This document shows, piece by piece, positions 35,004 through 41,502 of a stretch of DNA of 41,502 nucleotides; position 1 is the stretch's first letter; each line of letters starts with the position of its first letter. A program made the translations under genes and the position numbers. The notes below the pieces were generated by a model. The model saw only the letters and a program-made list of their open reading frames with translations, was not told where the DNA came from and searched no databases. This stretch comes from Octopus bimaculoides. Taxonomy: Eukaryota. The stretch is from contig NC_068999.1 in the NCBI RefSeq assembly GCF_001194135.2, positions 17,303,904 to 17,345,405 of the forward strand, read 5' to 3'.

Positions 35004-36249
35004 NCACACACACACACATGCATTACATGTACCCACATACTCGGAAAAGTGACACACAGGCATAAACGCATACATGCATACAAACATACATTTATATGTA
35101 TATATTAATGTTATCTAAGAATAATCATATATATGTTGAAGTGTTATTTTCAACAGTGATATTTTTTCTCTATGCCAGGAGAAACCGTTTTGTTTCAAAT
35201 GAATTGTTCTGACTGCTAGATATTTGCGCATTTTTCTGTCTCTGTTCAATAAGAAACTGTGTATCAAAGACGCCAATGTTAACGTACTCATTGGCCAAGC
35301 CAGTGCATTTGAACAATGCAATAATAATAATAATAATAATAATAATAATCATAATAAAGAAATCCCCAGAAAACAACTTTTCCGAATGTATCAACAACTC
35401 ATACTGGTTCCATGAAATGTATTCCAGAAAACAAAAATTAAATAATTCAAATATACTCTGATAATCTACATTTAGAATATACATTACACAATGTGTATTA
35501 TTAAAGAATTTAAATGGAGATAATACATCAGTGGTAAAGTAATGTGCTGATGCGCGTCGTAGATAAGACAAGAATAATAAGAATATATCAAATATCTATT
35601 TCACCATTCGATATCGAAAAAATTACGAAATAAATGGCGGTGCATGAGGGCATGTGGTATGCTAATTCTTATGTATATGTGACAGAAAGAAAAAAAAAAC
35701 AAGCAAGCAGACATTATTCCACGGCAATGGTTGTCTTCGTAGAAATAGCTCTTGTCGTATCTTTCTCGATTAAGGCTGAGATCATTGCATATGTTTGTAG
35801 TTGTGTGTTCCCTCTTTAGTAGGTTAAATTATTTCAAAAGCATTTACGCTTCCCAAGCGAAATCAGTTGAAATACAGTTCTTAACTTACATAAATATTCA
35901 TAAATATAATGGCTATTTTTCACATTGGGCAATAAAATCCGAGACAAAGTCTTGGAAGAAATTTACCTCTGGTAAATCCTCAAATTTATGCTTTGAATCT
36001 CTCTTAAAACGAACTGTAAATAACGAAATTTATAAAAAAAAAAAAGAGTTTCTTTCTGTACGTACTTGTCCTTAAAAATGTTTTTAATACTGTTCGAATC
36101 TGTTTTTAACACCGAATCTCACATTCAGGCATTGCTATAAAAATATACGTTCAATGCGGAAACATGTTTAGATATCTTAAATTCTTAAACCTGAGATTTT
36201 ATTGCTGTGTATTTCTTGTTACGTATTTTCTCTTATTCTCTAATAATGT

Positions 36250-36515
36250 TTTCAAATGTTGGCACAAGGCCAGCAACGTAAGTGCTCTTATTCTCTAATA
36301 TTGTTTTAAAATTTTGGCATAAGGCCAGCAACTTAAGTGGAAGGGGTAAATCAATTACATCGACCCCAATGCTCAACTGATACTTTTTTTTAATCCAGCC
36401 CGAAATTATTTATCGCCGACCATGACGAATTTGATCTCAGATCGCAAAGACGGACGAAATGCCTCTAAACATTTTATACGCTGTGCCAACGATTCTGTCA
36501 GCACACTGCCTTAAA
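36250..36515 (-). mobile_element. SINE family B with a 55-bp tandem duplication at its tail junction
   Basis: GGCACAAGGCCAGCAA tail, ACATCGACCCC core, AACGATTCTGTCAGC..ACTGCCTTAA head; duplication at 36230-36284 / 36285-36339. Confidence 0.8.
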
Positions 36516-37384
36516 GTATAATATGCTGAGAACACCTAAGTTTCCCAAGCGGTCAGCTAGGCTCGTGTTTACTTAATCTCGGCGATCGGACAATAATCTG
36601 TACATTCAGCGTGATACGGTTGTAAACTCTAATGTGGAGTACAACTTCGTTTGACACAGCCAGCTGTAAATGATGAAGATTTTGTTCAAAGAATACATCT
36701 TCACACATCTTCCAATATTTAAACTGCAGCAAAAGTTTGCTATTTTCCCCATGAATATTAATTGTTGCTCGAACCATACCTTTTTTTTTGTCTCATTGTA
36801 GATACCTTTGTGCTTTCGTGCATATTTATGCTTGCATGCTACGCATTCTTTTAACACGCGTAACTTCGTATGTCTAACAAGAATGAATTCTATAGAAAAC
36901 TGTTTTGTGCAACTGATTTACCATATTCATTATGAATGCATCCTAAATAATGTCAGAGCTGATAAGTAATGGGAATTCTACTAAAATCAACAGGTTATTA
37001 ATTGAAACTCAGTCGGAATCCTGTATTAAACGAAATGTAATAGTACTTACAATGTTGGTGTCAGTTTTTAAACGAAGCATAGAATAAGGAAATATATACA
37101 AATACTTATAATTTACTCACACAATCACAGTGACACATGCACTGACACGCACCGACACATTTATATAAGCATATATAATACGTGAGTATTAGTATGAATT
37201 TATTATGGGAAATATCCTGTATTTCAAATATTTGGTATATTTGAGATTTATATTACTATTTCGTTTAATTCGCTTACAATAATGATATAAGTACTGGCTT
37301 CCTGTTGTGGATTCTCAAAGATCAAACATGTCACTAATTTCAACTCAGAATGACCTGACTTCCTATATATAAATATACCTAATA

Positions 37385-37622
37385 CAGTGTGTTCCAAAAG
37401 TCACTCCGCAGTGAAATTTTTTCATCCTGCGCATCACCATGGCGCTACTTCAAGTGTTTTTCGGTGCACGGATTATTTCGAAGGGACTTTGGCCACTAAG
37501 ATCACCTGATTTAACACCGCCAGGCTTATTTTTTTATCTGTGGAACAAGTGAAGGATCAGTGTACAGGAATTGCCCGAAAACCATTAAATACTTACTGCG
37601 GAGAGACCTTTTGAACATCCTA
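37385..37622 (+). mobile_element. Mini Tc1/mariner-superfamily deletion derivative (rosa/maT-like)
   Basis: 28-bp TIRs (22/28 identical) flanked by TA (37383-84, 37623-24). The interior encodes FGARIISKGLWPLRSPDLTPPGLFF, resembling the WPPRSPDLTPxDFFLWG motif around the third catalytic residue. Confidence 0.85.
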
Positions 37623-38294
37623 TACTATCCTCCTGGCATGAACAAGTACGAACTCTTATTATATTCTCCAAGTAGATCATCTTGAAACTAACTCTCTATA
37701 CGGTGGTGACATAGAAAAATGAACACTTCACTACTTGTCTGTTCCCATCTTATTTGTATACACATCGCTTCAGATATCAACAACCGATAAATGTTCTGTT
37801 TTAGTAAGTGACTTAAGTTAGACAATTGTTGGCCTGATTAATAGCCATGAAAACATGAAGATTTTCCACGAGGTAATCGATGGTAAATATTCCATATCAT
37901 TTTCTAAATTGGGACCATTACTTCTGCATGTTCACTTCACAATGACAAAGTCATAGTGCCAGGAAGCGTTGAACCGTTGTGCACTGTCAGTAATTAAAGA
38001 TCTCGTTTGGTCGATATCAGTTAAACGCACGCGCATGAATATAATGTGCGTATGTGTACTTATGTGTGAGATTATGTGCATGAATAGACAAACTTAACAC
38101 GTAAGAATGTATAAATGTTATGACTATTACATACAATTGTGCTCCTTACTCCAATTTCTCTCTCCATTTTTCTGTCTGTCTTTCCTTTCAGAATACGAGC
38201 GTATACGTGAACATAAAACATCTTACTTGTACTACTTCGTATCAGCCCAACATAAATATAATACATTCTGTTTATACTTTTTGCATTGACTTCG

Positions 38295-38299
<5 letters not shown>

Positions 38300-38345
<46 letters not shown>

Positions 38346-38430
38346 CATATATATATGTGGGTGGGTGTGTGTCTATGCATATACAAAACATGAATAAATA
38401 CATACGTAAACGCAAACACACACTCATATA
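38300..38430. repeat. (TA)n and compound microsatellite
   Basis: Direct reading. Confidence 0.92.
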
Positions 38431-38634
38431 CACGCGAATCTGTAGAGATACAGAAATAGGAGTATGATCAGTTTGTAAGAAAATTGTGGGGTTATTGGTT
38501 CTATTAGATCCAGGCATGTGGATAGTGCTGCTGATAACATGTGCGATCATTTTTTTCGTTTGGAACGAAAAGCACGATATTTTCAATGAGTTTGTATGTA
38601 TTCATCTCGGTAAAACGGTTTTGTTTCTCTACAG

Positions 38635-38671
38635 AGATATGCCAAACAAATGTGATGCTCTCTGTACTAAT
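38635..38671 (+). other. Candidate 37-nt micro-exon (DMPNKCDALCTN if phase 2 in, phase 0 out)
   Basis: ttttgtttctctacag acceptor and |GTAAGA donor. Confidence 0.25.
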
Positions 38672-41051
38672 GTAAGAAATAGTCTATTTAAAGGTAACGG
38701 AATATTAGATTAGACTTGTAATTCAACAATTTGAAAAGAATTATCTTCAACTTCTTTTTCATTAAACATGTTTCCAAATATAAGATAAGAGAGACAGCAA
38801 ATAGATTATATTAATTTTTCATCGTCTAGCGAATGTTTAAGCACAAAGAAAAGTGTAGAACTTTAACATGGCCTCTCAATTATAAGGAACTTTTTCAGCA
38901 AATGAAGATACGTGTTTGCACTCAAGCACATACATATGTATAGGTACACACACACACAAACACCCCCTCACATACTCACAAACAGACATATACGCACTCA
39001 CAGATTCATCGCATTACACACTTTATGCATATATGTAAACATGATGTGCATATATACATACATACACACACATGCACACACACACACACACACACACACC
39101 ATACTCACACTGTATATATATATTGAGTGACTGCGTTTGTTACCAAATATCTCTATAACCAGAAAGCCACAGATGCGATAATATCGACCATACTTCTTGT
39201 TTGTTGTTTATATTACGTACACCAGGAGAATGAAACTCTACGCTTTCTCCAATCATTCGACTACAATTTGAAATCTGAGTGACATGCATAAAATATATAA
39301 ATCCACCGAAATTTAATATGAATATGATGGAGAAAAACCCTTCTAATAAGTTGGTCTAAGAATCAAAGACAAGTGAGTTACTTGCTTGGAATTAAATAAT
39401 TTAATTCACAGAAAGTGCTGTTTCATGTTTAGGGTTTAAACAAGAGCCTTCTCAGTAAGGGAAGTAATAGCTGAGAAGATCTTGGTGGTTTTAAAGAACA
39501 CCAGGGAAATATTGCCATTTTCATCTCTATCCTAGTTTATTAGTAAACGAAGTTAGTTAGGCTTAAGAGAATATACAATATTCATCGAAAAAAGATGCAA
39601 ATCCTGCTCGCTCACAGATTTATATATCTGTAAATGAATAAACATGCACATTGAAACGGATATACATACATCCACATATGGATGCTTACGTTGAGCCACG
39701 TAGTCCTCTCGTTTTTAAGCATGGTCATTGGATGAGGTATGCAAATTTGAGTGTATGTATACATAAGTCATCTCATAGGCTATGCACATATACTCACATA
39801 TACGTGTGTATATTGTATATATATATATATATATTGCAGAAAAATAATTGAATGTACGATGATAATTTTTACAGAGTAGCTGCTAGCAAAATTAGTGTGA
39901 AATAGTAACTGACGCATTCAATTTCCGAAAAATGATATCTATTAGCAAACTAAAAAATATATTAAACAATTACTGCACTGACCTTGTAATTCAATTTTTA
40001 AGATTTACATAGACTGACTACAGTACATATTAAAACCTGTTTTTATCAACAAATTCATGCATTCATGAACCTGAATATACTGAAATTTATTCTCTGCCTT
40101 TTCTTTAAAAAGAAAAGCCTGACACGTTTAAATTTATGTACTTGATTCTTGTACATGGTAAAAATCTTGAAATCTAGGTTGCAACTTTGATTAAGCGAGA
40201 AATTATTGATATTATTGTACTCCGACAATAGATTGAATGATCAATTGTAAAGTTATTGAATCTATTTTTCTAAACATTTACTTCGCAAATTGTGAAGTTT
40301 CTGCTACCGCTCTACTATCAGCTTTGAATTCTTTGTTTCTTTCCTCTTGTTTACACTTACGTGTTTAGATACATACGCTGGCACACACACACGCGTGCGC
40401 TTAATCACAAGCATACACTCATATACTTCATTGTTGTAGAATTTGCAGAGATATAATAAACGTATTGTTATCTTTTGGGAAAAGATAATTGTTTCAAATT
40501 GTATAGATTCAATCCTTTTATTATATATCTTTTTATTGACTACTGAACTGTACAAATATCCGAAATTCAAAGTCATTCGTACTTTTCATTTTCATCCCAA
40601 AATTAGCAATGTTAGGAAATCCGAAGCTTTATATTAATATAGTTATTTTCTTTTGCTCTTTTACATACATCAGTTAGATTCCAAGAAGAGAAAAAAACTG
40701 GGTTATTATATTTGTAAGTACCAGTATCCTCTGTCTTCATCTATGCAGGTTATTTACGTCTGCTCGATCAGAAGGGAATACTTAGAAAAAAAAATTCCTA
40801 AAGGCATAACCGTTTATTTTAGTCTTACCTGATATTTAGGTAAGACTACTGGAATCTGCTTGAACAGTTCGTATATTATAATACTATATGTGACTTTTAT
40901 ACTGCATAAATAAAACCTAGATACGTGTGTAAAAATAGTTTGTTTCTAACATCTCTAACAAGTAGCGTGAAAAACTATGTTTCCAATATTTCAATATTTC
41001 GATTTTACTACAGACAATTTGTAATCTCCATATTTGGTAAAAATAAATGCA

Positions 41052-41110
41052 AATAATAATAATAATAATAATAATGATGGTAACAACAATAATAATAATA
41101 ATAATAATAA
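41052..41110. repeat. (AAT)n microsatellite
   Basis: Direct reading. Confidence 0.93.
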
Positions 41111-41329
41111 ATCATAAATAAAAAGATCTTTGCTGTGGGAAGTGGTAAATATGTTCATTGTTTAATTATTATAATGGTGTAGGTAAACGGAAATTTCGAA
41201 CACGTTAATATTCATGTTAGTTGGCAAACATATACATTCACAAGTATAAAAAGACTAATCCCCTGTCTAATTCACACTCATGCACTCACACCAAACACAG
41301 ATAGATACATATAGGCACACACTCACATA

Positions 41330-41447
41330 CATACATCCATACATACATACATACGTACATATATATATACATACATACGTACATATATATATACATACAT
41401 ACGTACATATATATATACATACATACATATATACATACATACGTACA

Positions 41448-41483
<36 letters not shown>

Positions 41484-41502
41484 CATACGTACATATATAT
41501 AT
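41330..41502. repeat. 24-bp minisatellite ACATACATACGTACATATATATAT, several copies, running off the window end
   Basis: Direct reading. Confidence 0.9.

Noticed and set aside
35170-35571. 133-aa minus-strand ORF
   Set aside because: Contains an (ATT)n-derived poly-Ile run, starts at GTG, no splice or homology support.
1-41502. CRISPR arrays, prokaryotic operons or defence systems, rRNA genes, protocadherin or C2H2 zinc-finger cluster genes
   Set aside because: No regularly spaced repeat-spacer structure, no long ORFs, no rRNA-like segments, and no cadherin (DxNDNxP) or TGEKPY repeats in any frame I read.

Overview
This is an AT-rich, microsatellite-dense eukaryotic window with four N gaps. 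Its interspersed-repeat content (several tRNA-derived SINE families in many copies) matches what I recall of octopus/coleoid cephalopod genomes; that is pattern recall, not a database result. I could not identify any protein-coding gene. Almost all ORFs in the supplied track are translations of microsatellites, SINEs or N runs, and 60-100 codon ORFs are expected by chance at this composition. Well-supported content: (1) a full-length but decayed D,D34D mariner (21414-22686); (2) an internally deleted Tigger/pogo element (6897-7635); (3) a mini rosa-like Tc1/mariner derivative (37385-37622); (4) a TTAA-flanked Kolobok-type MITE (6076-6239); (5) a foldback MITE with a 10-bp direct repeat (~18478-18687); (6) a CR1-type reverse-transcriptase fragment cut by a gap (~19290-19835); (7) about 16 SINE copies or fragments built from shuffled head, core and tail modules. 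The most interesting unexplained signals are a textbook recursive-splice (YnCAG|GTAAGT) motif on the minus strand at 1581-1602, a ~92%-identical inverted SINE pair that could form dsRNA (ADAR substrate), a motif-dense promoter-like region with a candidate first coding exon (~17150-17670), a 143-aa ORF with an internal 40-aa repeat, and several orphan exon candidates. I see no evidence for a new multi-gene system; the window looks like intronic or intergenic DNA.
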